A stretch of DNA of 64,000 nt from Phyllobates terribilis (taxonomy: Eukaryota): NCBI RefSeq assembly GCF_046119375.1, contig NW_027362817.1, positions 3,658,001-3,722,000 of the forward strand, in the 5' to 3' direction. The notes below the pieces were generated by a model. That model searched no databases. It was given only the letters and a program-made list of their open reading frames with translations, and was not told where the DNA came from. A program made the translations under genes and the position numbers. Shown piece by piece: positions 42,266 to 53,420 of the stretch. Position 1 is the first letter of the stretch. Each line of letters opens with the position of its first letter.

Positions 42266-43976
42266 TAGAGGTTCTTTTTTACCCTGCTACAAAAGAGCTC
42301 CCAACATCCGTGACCGACTCGTACACGCCGATATCGGCACCACCAACACCAGATCCTGTCAAAGATTCTTATCCACACCCAAAGCGGGGACATTCCCATG
42401 CCTCCAATGTTACCAGTGCAACAATATCATTAGAGGCAATACTCTACCATCCACAATCAGGGAAACAATACAAGATCAAAGATTATTTTACTTGCAACTC
42501 TTCCTGTGTTATCTATGTCATCATATGTCCCTGTGGCCTCATATATGTTGGCGAAACGACCCAATGCATTAAAGATAGAATTTCAAAACATAAGTCCACC
42601 ATACGCTGCAAAAATCTCCTCTTACCCACTCCAGCACATTTTGCATCAGTAGGGCACTCAGTCTCGCAACTGAAATTTTAGGTCATAGAACAAGTTGCCC
42701 CCCCAAGGTGTGGAGGAGACCGCGTTCACTTACTTAAATATAGAGAGGCATTCTGGATACATGAACTATAATCTTTGTCCCCTAAAGGTTTAAACAAAGA
42801 ATATGATCTTTGCTCATTCATCTGAGTACCCTCCCTGTATTTGTTTACTCTTTATTCTTCGTTTTATCTTTTATTCTTACTTATGTTTATCTTTAGAAGG
42901 TTTCTTTTTTGTTTACATTATTTAGTCTTCTTTCTCATCATTTAGTCATTTTTATGCTATCATCTGAACATAAAGTGGCAATGTTCATAATGTCATATGT
43001 CCTCTATGGTATACTCATAGCTAGAGACTTCATGAAGTCTATTTAAGATTGTCTATATATGCAATGTATTTATACTGATTTCTTGTTTTCCTAGATTCCA
43101 CCCTAAATGGCACTCCTAGTCCTGACCTCCCATCCCTCCTGAACCCCCATCTGGGTCCATCCTGCTTTTCTGCTTCTTTACCATCACTTCAGTGGTTCCT
43201 GAACCCAGTGGAACGTACTGACACTACCGTGGAACGCATCAAATGCGTCACTTCCAGTTACATGACCGGCGATCGACTTATAGGACCTGACGAACGTCAT
43301 TATGACGCTACTTCCGCTGCGCGGGTCCTACGCCGTGTCATTCACTGCTCACATTCACTCCACTGCCACCATTGATTGGCCAAAAGGTTAAAAAGTGCAC
43401 ATCAGAATTAGCTCACTGATGAATTCTCAGTTAACTCATTCTGCAAACAGAATGGTAAGGTAAAACAGTGACACATTTTTAATGACCACCATTTGCAAAA
43501 TTATAAATATATCCATCTTCCCTTTAAATACCTATCTTCCCTCTTCACTCCAGACTTACTTGAACAAACGGTGGACACCGTGTTCAATCACCTCCACTGC
43601 TGCATATGATCTCAACACCTGACAGGTATCTTTCACCTTCTACTTCCAATCCACCTTGTCCTTTGGTATCTTCCATGTAGTTCACACTCATATTTTCTTC
43701 CGCAGTTTACTGTGCCCACCTGGCTTCCGCCTTACACATACCATCACCTATATTCTGGTAGGTTTATCTCATTTGTTTTCACCTTATCCCCTAATTTTCT
43801 ATCCCATCCTTATCCTCCTCCCCACCCATTTCCCATGTTGTTTATCCCATATCTACTTTACATGACGATTTGATTGATTTCCAAGTTGTCTGTCTTGATT
43901 TCTTTCCACCATGTTTATATCGCGTGTAAACTTTGGTCCACATGACACTTACTTTTGTTATTTCTTTGTCATTCCT

Positions 43977-44028
43977 GTAGTACACCGATGAAGGTCTCTG
44001 TGACCGAAACGTCTGCTTGTTGTACTAC
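43977..44028 (+). ncRNA. Hammerhead-like motif (CCGATGA core)
   Basis: GTAGTACA-CCGATGA-A-GGTC(TCTGT)GACC-GAAAC-GT-C-TGCTTGT-TGTACTAC; GTAGTACA pairs with TGTACTAC. Confidence 0.68.
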
Positions 44029-44212
44029 GTATAATCATTAAATATTATTTAATAATATTCACGAGTCGAGCTTTCTGCTGATTTGAGTGCCAGGTTAACT
44101 ATAAATATTACTACGGGCTTGCAACCTTACCTGGGCACCTTCACCACTCCAGGAATGCGGTAGTGTCTATATTCTACATTTTGGAAACTAGACCCCTCAG
44201 GGAACTTATCTA

Positions 44213-45602
44213 CAACCCCTGGCAAAAATTATGGAATCACCGGGCTCGGAGGATGTTTATTCAGTTGTTTAATGTTGTTGAAAAAAAGCAGATCACAGCC
44301 ATGGCACAAAACTAAAGTAATTTCAAATGACAACTTTACGGCTTTAAGAAACACTAAAAGAAATCAAGATTAAAAATGTGATACTCAGTAGGGGTAATTG
44401 TTTTCAGACCAAGCAGAGGGAAAAAATTATGGAATCACCCTGCAAATTTTCATTTCCAAAACTAACACCTGCATCAAATTAGATCTGCTCGCTAGTCTGC
44501 ATCTAAAAAGGAGTGATCACACCTTGGAGAGCTGTCGCACCAAGTGGACGGACATGAATCATGGCACAAACACGAGAGATGTCAATTGAAACAAAGGAGA
44601 GGAGTATCAAATTCTAAAAAGAAGGTAAATCATCACGCAATGTTGCAAAAGATGTTGGTTGTTCACAGTCAGCTGTGTCTAAAATCTGGACCAAATGTAA
44701 ACACCATAGGAAGGTTGATAAAGGCAAACATACTGGTAGACCAAGGAAGACCTCAAAGCGTCAAGACCGGAAACTTAAAGCTATATGTCTCCAAAACAGG
44801 AAATGCACTACAAACCAAATGAGGAACGAATGGGAGGAAACTGGAGTCAATGTCTGTGACCGAACTGTAAAAAACTGCCTAAAGGAAATGGGATTTCCAT
44901 ACAGAAAAGCTAAACATAAGCCATCATTAACACCTAAACAGAAAAAAAGAAGGTTACAATGGGCTAAGGAAAAGCAATCGTGGACTGTGGACAGGGCCGG
45001 CGTCGGCACCCGGCGTACCCGGGCAAGTGCCGGGGCCCTGGAAAATCAGAGGGGCCCACCGCCCACTCACTGTCAGGGCCCACCGCCCACTCACTGTCGG
45101 GGCCCACCGCCCACTCACTGTCGGGGCCCACCGCCCACTCACTGTCGGGGCCCTGGCCGCTTCCTCAGCACCTGTTCAGTGACGCAGGCGCTGCTTGATT
45201 GCCGGCACTCCCCCAGACATGGCCGGGCACTGTGCAGCTGTGTCTGCTAGTAATGACACGGCAGGGTCGACGGCACGGCACCTTTAATTGTGCTTGTGTG
45301 TCGCCCCTGCCGCGTCATTACTAGCAGACACAGCTGCACAGCGCGCAGCCATGACTGGTGAAGTGACGGCAATCAAACACCGTCGGAGGTCCTGCACAAA
45401 TGGGGGGGGGAGCGGCCCGGACCCGACCGCAAGTGGGCCCCTCTGATGGTCCAGGGCCATGATGTAAATTTCCACAGTCATTGATGATATGGAATGACTT
45501 TAGTTTTGTGCCATGTCTGTGATCTGCTTTTTTTCAACAACATTAAACAACTGAATGAACATCCTCCGAGCCCAGTGATTCCATAATTTTTGCCAGGGGT
45601 TG
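44213..45602 (+). mobile_element. Tc1 DNA transposon, internally deleted
   Basis: TA|CAACCCCTGGCAAAAATTATGGAATCAC...GTGATTCCATAATTTTTGCCAGGGGTTG|TA. The empty site CTTATCTAGATGTG is visible in a repeat at 45967-45980. Transposase N-terminal part 44563-44990 (GRPRKTS..DRKL, RRLQWAK). Confidence 0.92.
44991..45455. mobile_element. GC-rich MITE-like insertion in the Tc1 with 21-bp tandem repeats and an internal hairpin
   Basis: Starts CAGGGCCGGCG (hAT-like). About four copies of GGGCCCACCGCCCACTCACTGTC. Inverted repeat about 45235-45272/45300-45337. Right TIR and TSD not found. Confidence 0.5.
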
Positions 45603-48504
45603 TAGATGTGTGGTGAGCACCTTGAACCCCCAGGTGCTTCACAGAAGTTTAAAACATGGAGCCGTGAAAATAAAATGTTCACATTTTTCCCACAAAAATA
45701 TATTTCAGCCCCCAGTTTTGCATTTTCATGAGGGTAACAGGAGAAATTGCACCATGCAACTTGTTGTGCAATCTCTCCTGAGTAAGCCTATACCCCATAT
45801 GTGGGGGGAAACCACTGCTTGGGGGCACCGCATGGTTCGGAAGGGAAGGAGCGCCGTTTGACTTTTTGAATGTAAAATTTTTTGAATAATTAGTGAATGT
45901 GCCCCTGATGTGCCTAGTGGAAACCCCCCACAAGTGACACCATTTTGGAAAGTAGACCACTCAGGGAACTTATCTAGATGTGTGGTGAGCACCTTGAACC
46001 CCAAGGTGCTTCACAGAAGTTTATAACATGGAGCCGTGAAAGTAAAAAAAATCTAACTTTTTCCACAAAAATGATCTTTTAGCCCCAATTTTTTTATTTT
46101 CACAAGGGTAAGAGGAGAAAATGAAATCTAAAAACTGTTGTGCAATTTCTCCTCAGTACGCCAATACCTCATATGTGGGGAAAATACATTGTTTGGGCGC
46201 ACGTCAGGGTTCAGAAGGGAAGGAGCACTGTGTGACTTTTTGAAAGCAAAATTGGCTGGAATCATGAGCGGACTCCATGTCGCATTTCAGGAACCCCTGA
46301 TGTGCCTAAATAGTGGAAACCCCCCACAATTGACTCCATTTTGGAAACTAGACCCCTCAAGGATTTTATCAAGGGGTATAGTGTACATTTTAAACCCAGA
46401 GATGCGAAAGAATTTGATACCATAGGTCATCATATTGAATAAGTTGTCATTAGTCTTGAGCGCGAGTGCTCGCTACTTGAGTTTGCATCGGGTACTTGGG
46501 TATGCACTATGTATCACGGTTGCTTGAGTGACATGTCTGAGTCCCTGCCCCGCATGTTTCACGGTTGTTAGACCCCAAAAAAAACATGAGGGGATCACAC
46601 GTGTATGGCAGGTGATCCCAGTAACGTTTTTTTTGGCCGCTAAGCATATGGGGCAGAGACTCGAGCATGTCATTCGAACACCCGCGATACTCAGTGCATA
46701 CCCGAGCACCTGATGCAAAATCAAGTAGCGAGCACTTGCACTCAACACTAGTCGCCATATCGTCATCATTTTTTTTTTTCTTTACTTTTGAAAAAGCCCC
46801 AACCCCAACCCTAACCCTAGCACAACCCTAACCTCAACTTCAACCCTAGCACAACCCTAACCCTAGAGTTTATTTTTTCACGCCGTTCCTTGTGTGGTAT
46901 AAGTGATTAGACTACTTTATTCTTCGGGTCGGTGCGATTACAGTGATACCAGACTCATATCGGGTTTTTATGATTGACAGCTGTCACACACTAAAAGACA
47001 CTTTTTTTGAGAGTTATAATTTTTCCATATTTTTTCCGACAGTCATGTGATGGGTTGTTTTTTGGGAGACAAGTTGACGTTTTTATTGGTACCATTTTTG
47101 GGCATGTGACATTTATTGATCGCTTTCTATTCCGATTTTTGGGAGCCAGAATAAACAAAAACCAGCAATTCCGGAATTTTTTTTTTATTCTCTTCCGCGT
47201 GTGGTAAAATTGATAAGGCCGCTTTATTCTTCGGGTCAGTACGTTTACAGTGGTGCCACATTTATATCGTTTTTCTATGTTTTGGTGCTTTTACACAATA
47301 AAAACTATTTTCTAGAAAATATAATTTTTTTTGTATCGCTTTATTCTGAGAGCTATAACTTTTTGATTTTTCGGATGATGGAGCTGTATGGCGGCTTGAT
47401 TTTTGCGGGACGAGATGACGTTTTCAGCGGTACCATTTTTATTTACATTCGTCTTTTTGATCCCGTCTTATTCCATTTTTTGTTTGACGGTATGATGATA
47501 AAGCATTGTTTTTTTGCTTAGTTTTTTATTTATTTTTTTTACCGTGTTCACTAAAGGAGTTAACTAGTGGGACAGTTTTATAGGTTAGGTCGTTCTGGAC
47601 GCAGCAATACCAAATGTGTACTTTTATTTTTTTTCATGATAAATAAATATTATGGGTACAATATTTTTATTTTTTAAAGATTTTTTTTTTCTTTTTTTTT
47701 TTTTGAATATTTTTTTTTTAAAAAAAAATTTCTTCCACTTTCCTACCCTTTTTTTTTACTTTTACACATTGTCCCACTATGGGACTTTCACTTTTTGCCG
47801 CCTGATCGGCTGTATAACATAGAGAGCAGCAACTCCCTATGCCATGCTGCCTGTCAGTGCTGCACACAGGGAGACATTACTTTGGTCATGCTCTGCGCAT
47901 GACCAAAGTAATTTCCTGCCTCCTGGTGACCCGGATGTTGTCATGACGACATCGGGTCGTCATGACAACATCCGGGAGCCGCCGCAGACATCCCTGGAGG
48001 CCGGAGAGGAGGTGAGTACCGGCGCTTACCACCCCCCTTGCCCCGCAAATCTGCGATCGACTTTGATCGCAGCATTGCGGGTGTTAATGTGCTGGGAGAG
48101 GTGCGGGACCGCTCCCTGCACATTGTCACACCTGACACCCGGCGGCGTCACCCTACACCGCTTGTGTGCGGGCGCGATCGCATTATGCGTAATAGTACGT
48201 AGCTGGTCCATAAGTCCCAGGACACAGCTACGTACTATTACTGACTTGGTCGGAAAGAGGTTAAAGGGGTTGTGCAGTGAAAACAAATTATCACCTAACT
48301 ATAAAATATGTGATAACTTGTTGAACAATGAGTTTGCGACCGCTGCGACCTGCACCGATTGGGATAGAAAGTCCCCGTTTTGCCAGTTACTGGACTGGAC
48401 TGGCTGGTTGGATGGATCCCCGACCCCTACTCTGTTCATTCTCAATGGGGCTGCTGGAAAAAAACAGAGCATTTCTGTCGATTTCGCCTGCACACAAGCC
48501 ATGC

Positions 48505-51500
48505 GGGTGAGATCGCCGCCGGGTGTCAGCTGTAACAATCAGCTATGTGCTATGTGCAGGGAGTGGTCCCGCACTGCTCTCGGCACATTAATCACCGAAA
48601 TGCTGCAATCGAAATCGATCGCAGCAGTCCGGTGGCAAGAGGAGGTAAGTGCTATACCTACCTTCTCTGCCGGCGTCTCGCGGCGTCTGAGTCCGGTCCC
48701 GGATGTTGCCATGGTGACCTGACGTCCTCATGACAACATCCCGGACATCAGGAGGCAGGAAGTTGCTTTGGTCATGCGCAGTGCACGACCAAAGTAACTT
48801 CTCCCTGTGCAGCCCTGACAGGCTGCATGGCATAGGGAGCTCCTGCTCCCTATGCCATGCAGCTGATCAGGCTGCAAAAAGTGAAAGTCCCATAGTGGGA
48901 CAATGTGAAAAAGTAATAAAAATGTCAGAAAGTGAAAAAAAAATAAAAAACATTTTTTTTGAAAAAATATAAAAAAAAATTGTAAAAAATAATAAAAAAA
49001 AATAAAAATATATTGTACCCATAAATAAATAATGTTATGAAAAAAAAAAAAAGTAATAAAAGTACACATATTTGGTATCTCCGCGTCCGGAATGACCTGA
49101 CCTATAAACCTGTCCCACTAGTTAACCCCTTTAGTGAACACGGTAAAAAATATAAAAAAATGAAACATAAAACAATGTTTTATCATCATACCGCCAAACA
49201 AAAAATGGAATAAAACACGATCAAAAAGACAAATGTGAATAAAAATGGTACCGCTGAAAACGTCATCTTGTCCTGCCAAAAACAAGCCGCCATACAGCTC
49301 CAACGGCCGAAAAATAAAAAAGTTATAGGTCTCAGAATAAAGCGATGCAAAAACAATTCTTTTTTCTATAAAATAGTTTTTATTGTATAAAAGCGCCAAA
49401 ATATAAAAAAATATATAAATGTAGCTTTAACGTACTGACCTGAATAAAGCTACCTTATCAATTTTACCACACGCAGATCAGCATAAAAAAAAACAAAAAC
49501 AATTCCTGAATTGTTGGTTTTTGTTTACTCTGCCTTCTAAAAATCAGAATAGAAAGCGATCAAAAACTGTCACATGCCCGAAAATGGTACCAATAAAAAT
49601 GTCAACTTTGTCCCGCAAAAAACAAGCCTTCACATGACTCTGTCGGCCGAAATATGGAAAAATTATAGCTCTCAAAATATGGCGATGTAAAAACTAGTCT
49701 TTGCAAAAAAAATGCGTCTTTTACTGTGTGACAGCTGTCAATCATAAAAACCCGATATGAATCTGGCATCACTGTAACTGTACCGACCCGAAGAATAAAG
49801 TCACTTATACCGCACGAGGAACGGCGTAAAAAATAAACTTTAGGTTTAGGGTTGTGCTAGGGTTAGGGTTGTGCTAGGGTTAGGGTTGTGCTAGGGTTAG
49901 GGTTGGGGTTGGGGTAAGGCTAGGGTTGGGGTTGGGCTAGGGTTAGGGTTGGGCTAGGGTAAGGGTTGGGTTAGGGTTGGGCTAGAGCAAGGGTTGGGCT
50001 AGGGCAAGGGTTGGGTTATGGTAGGGTTAGGGTTGGGTTGGGCTAGCGTTAGGCTATGGTTAGGGTTAGGCTAGGGTTAGGGTTGGGCTAGGATTAGAGT
50101 TGGGCAAGGGTTGGGGTTGGGCTAAGGTTAGGGTTGTGTTTTTAACAGAAATAAAGAAAAAAAAATGACAACGATATGGCGAATAATGTTGAGCGCAAGT
50201 GCTCGCTACTTGAGATTGCATCGGGTGCTCGGGTATGCTCCGAGTATATCGGGTGCTCGAGTGACATACTCGAGTCTCCGCCCCAAATGTTTTGCAGCTG
50301 CTATACAGCCAAAAAAATCCTTGCGGGGATTGCCTGCCATGCACGAGTGATCACCACATGTTTTTTTTGGGGTGTCTAATAACCGTGAAACATGCGGGGC
50401 AGGGACTCGAGCATGTCACTTGAGCACCCGCGATACTTGGTGCATACCCAAGCACCCGATGCAAACTCAAATAGCGAGCACTTGCACTCAAGACTAATGA
50501 CAACTTATTCAATATGATGACCAGATGTTATCAAATTCTGTGTCGTACCTCTTGGTTAAAATTATTCACTATACCCCTTGATAAAATCCTTGAGGGGTCT
50601 AGTTCCAAAATGGAGTCACTGGGGGGGGGGGGGTTCCACTATTTAGGCACATCAGGGACTCCCCAAACCCAACATGGCATCCGCTAATTATTCAAGCAAA
50701 TTTTACATTCAAAAAGTCAAATGGCGCTCCTTCCCTTCCGAACCCTGCCATGCGCCCAAACAGTGGTTTTCCCCCACATATGGGGTATCAGCGTGCTCAG
50801 GAGGAATTGCACAACAAACTTCATGGTACAATTTCTCCTGTTACCCTCATGAAAATGCAAAATTGGAGGCTGAAAAACATTTTTGTTGCAAAAATGTGAA
50901 AATTGTATTTTTATGGCTCAATGTTCTAAACTTCTGTAAAGCACTTGGGGGTTCAGGGTGCTCACCACACATCTAGATAAGTTCCCCGGGGGGTCTAGTT
51001 TCCAAAATGGTTTCACTTGTGGGGGGTTTCCACTGCTTAGGCACATCAGGGGCTCCCCAAACACAACATGATGTTAGCTAATTATTCAAGCAAATTTTAC
51101 ATTTAAAAAGTTAAATGGAATGGTGCTCCTTCCCTTCCGAGCCCTGCCGTGCGCCCAAACAGTGTTTTTTCCTCACATATGGGGTATCTGCATGCTCAGG
51201 GGAAATTGCACAACAAATTTTGGGGTCCATTTTTTCTTGTTACCCCTGCGAAAATAAAAAATTTGGGTCTAAAGTAAGATTTTGGTGAAAAAAGTTAAAT
51301 GTTCATTTTTTTCTTCCACATTCAAAAAATTCATGTGAAGAACCTGAAGGGTTAATAAAGTTCTTGAATGTGGTTTTGATCATCTTAAGGGGTGAAGTTT
51401 TTAGAATGGTGTCACTTTTGGGTATTTTCTGTCATAAAGGCCCCTCAAAGTCACGTCAAATGTGATGTGGTCTCTAAAAAAAAAATGGTTTTGTAAATTT

Positions 51501-51625
51501 TGGTTCCAAAATTTTGGCTCCAAAATTGTGCTGATGTAAAGTAGACATGTGGGAAATGTTGTTTATTAACTATTTTGCGTAACATATCTCTCTGATTTAA
51601 GGGCATAAAAATTTAAATTTTGAAA
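48505..51625 (-). mobile_element. PB-A copy, truncated at both ends, inverted relative to 40220-48260
   Basis: Reverse complement of about 48150 back through 45600 and of 40440-41100; same orientation and content as 26880-29613. Confidence 0.85.
49841..50136 (+). repeat. Degenerate telomere-like (TTAGGG/TTGGGG/CTAGGG) array inside PB-A
   Basis: About 295 bp of GGG-containing 5-6-mers with multiple perfect TTAGGG. Confidence 0.92.
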
Positions 51626-51767
51626 ATTGTTTGATTTTGATGTGTGAGTCTGATGTGTAACTTTCTTCAGACATCAGAATCACAATGACTTTTAGTCACC
51701 TTGAGTATTTTCATGGTTGATCTCATAAGATAAGACAAGAAAAGCAGCCAGTTACTATCACTTGACT

Positions 51768-51824
51768 GGATAGCTCAATGGTAAGGCATTAGCCTCTGAA
51801 ACTACAGTGTCAGGGTACAGTCCC
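51768..51824 (+). mobile_element. Degenerate tRNA-derived SINE-head-like sequence
   Basis: GGATAGCTCAATGGTAAGGCA (A-box-like) ... GGGTACAGTCCC (degenerate B-box). Confidence 0.3.
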
Positions 51825-52604
51825 AATAGGAACATTATTTTTTTTAATTATACTATTTAGCACACAAACTACAGGGGTGTTTTACTTTTAATATCTGACA
51901 AGTAAATTGGGAGGTACTAATTTACTAAATATCTATTTCCAAGTGACTGTACATTTGCATAATTTCTTAAAGTGGTCTAATGATAACAATTCTTTATTGT
52001 AAAGTTTTCTTTCCATCCACCCAAGAACTGGCTGCAAACTCCCAATTTACTTTTGCTATGTAATTATTATTATATATCACTGCCTAAGTAATCAAATAGT
52101 GAACCTACAGTTTAATGGTAAGGCATCTGTGTCACACATAGCTTTGGTTTGAAAGGATAATAATAGTAATAATAATAATAATTACTGTATTTTTCGGACT
52201 ATAAGACGCACTTTTTTCCTCAAATTTTGAAGGAAAGTGGGGGGTGCGTCTTATAGTCCAAATACTATCTCCCTGTGTATACTGTGGCTCTGGGAGCAGG
52301 GAATATTAATTTTCCTTAATAGCCGACACACTGTACAGCAGCGCGGCTCCTGCTGCGCTCTGCGGTCTGTGTGCCCACTATTAAAGCTCATGAATATTCC
52401 CTACAACCCACTCCCATGGGTTGTAGTGAATATCCATGGTCTTTAATAGCAGACACACTGACCGCAGAGCGGCAGCAGGAGCCGCGCTGCGGTACGCCAT
52501 GCGCGTCCTGCCATGTGCGGCTCACACAGTGAGAGTGTCAGCAGAGCAGGACAGCGCTGGAGGAGAGAGGAGGTGAGTATGAGTGTTTATTTTTTTTGTG
52601 GTCA

Positions 52605-53420
52605 GCAGGATGGGGGCTCAAGGGGTGCCAAGCATACCAGGATGGGGGCTCAAGGGTTGCCAAGCATACCAGGATGGGGGCTCAAGGGGTGCCATGCATA
52701 CCAGGATGGGGGATCAAAGGGTGCCAAGCATACCAGAATGGGGGCTCAAGGGGTGCCAAGCATACCAGGATGGGGGCTCAAGGGGTGCCATACATACCAG
52801 GATGTGTGATCAAGGGGTGCCATACATACCAGGATGGGGGCTTAAGAGGTGCCATACATACCAGGATTGGGGATCAGGGGGCTGCCATGCATACCATGAT
52901 GGTGTATCAAGGGGTGCCATTGATACCAGGATGGGGGAATAAAGGGGTGCCATGCATACCAGGATGGGGATGAGGGGGGCCATACATACCAGGATGTGTG
53001 ATCAAGGGGTGCCATGCATACCTGGATGGGGGCTCAAGGGGTGCCATGCATACCAGGATGGGGGATCAAGGGGTGCCATGCATACCAGGATGGGTGATCA
53101 AGGGGTGCCATGCATACCAGGATGGGGGATCAAGTGGTGCCGTGCATACCTGGATGGGGGCTCAAGGGGTGCCATGCATACCAGGATGGGGGATCAAGGG
53201 GTGCCATGCATACCAGAATGGGTGATCAAGGGGTGCCATGCATACCAGGATGGGGGATCAAAGGGTGCCATGCATACCAGGATGGGTGATCTAGGGGTGC
53301 CATGAAAACTAGGATGGGGGATCAAGGGGTGCCATGCATTCCAGGATGGTGATGAGGGCCACGTATACCAAGATGGGATGGGGGGCACGTATACCAGGAA
53401 GGATGGGCCATACATACCAG
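52605..53420. repeat. 32-bp G-rich minisatellite (CATACCAGGATGGGGGCTCAAGGGGTGCCATG) of roughly 23-25 units within a TcMar-like non-autonomous element
   Basis: Unit read directly. The element begins about 52187 (GTATTTTTCGGACTATAAGACGCAC, similar to 1340-1410) and includes a hairpin at 52330-52495. Confidence 0.88.

Larger units (their letters stand above)
41110..44176 (+). mobile_element. Penelope-like element P3, 5'-truncated, with inverted upstream copy of its 3' repeat
   Basis: RT from 41467 (RYIDDIF, NFLD, YVKPT), GIY-YIG 42310-42826 (VIYVIICPCGLIYVGET). 41112-41468 is the inverted copy of about 43746-44103. 14-bp TSD CATT(C/T)TGGAAACTA at 41096-41109 and 44177-44190. Confidence 0.93.
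40220..48260 (+). mobile_element. Non-autonomous piggyBac-like element PB-A, both ends present; hosts Penelope P3, a Tc1 and a hAT MITE
   Basis: TTAA|CCCCTTTACCCCCAAG...CTTGGTCGGAAAGAGG|TTAA (imperfect TIR, CC-start, TTAA TSD). Internal direct repeats of roughly 0.4 kb; telomere-like tract 46797-46865; no transposase. Confidence 0.8.

Noticed and set aside
43290-43320. CTGACGA followed by a short hairpin as a hammerhead
   Set aside because: No GAAA/UH motif follows stem II.
44954-45250. ORFs with repeated GPPPTHC / SGRWAPT
   Set aside because: Translations of 21-bp tandem repeats in a MITE-like insertion that disrupts a Tc1 transposase.
47844-48722. 292-aa ORF
   Set aside because: It spans the end of PB-A, a T2 MITE fragment and the start of the inverted PB-A copy, with no recognisable domain; a chance ORF in GC-rich repeat.
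49841-50136. True telomere or chromosome-fusion scar
   Set aside because: The repeats are degenerate, on one strand only, and at the same internal site in three copies of a transposon.
51768-51824. Functional tRNA gene
   Set aside because: B-box and stems are degenerate and no cloverleaf can be drawn; at most a SINE-head relic.
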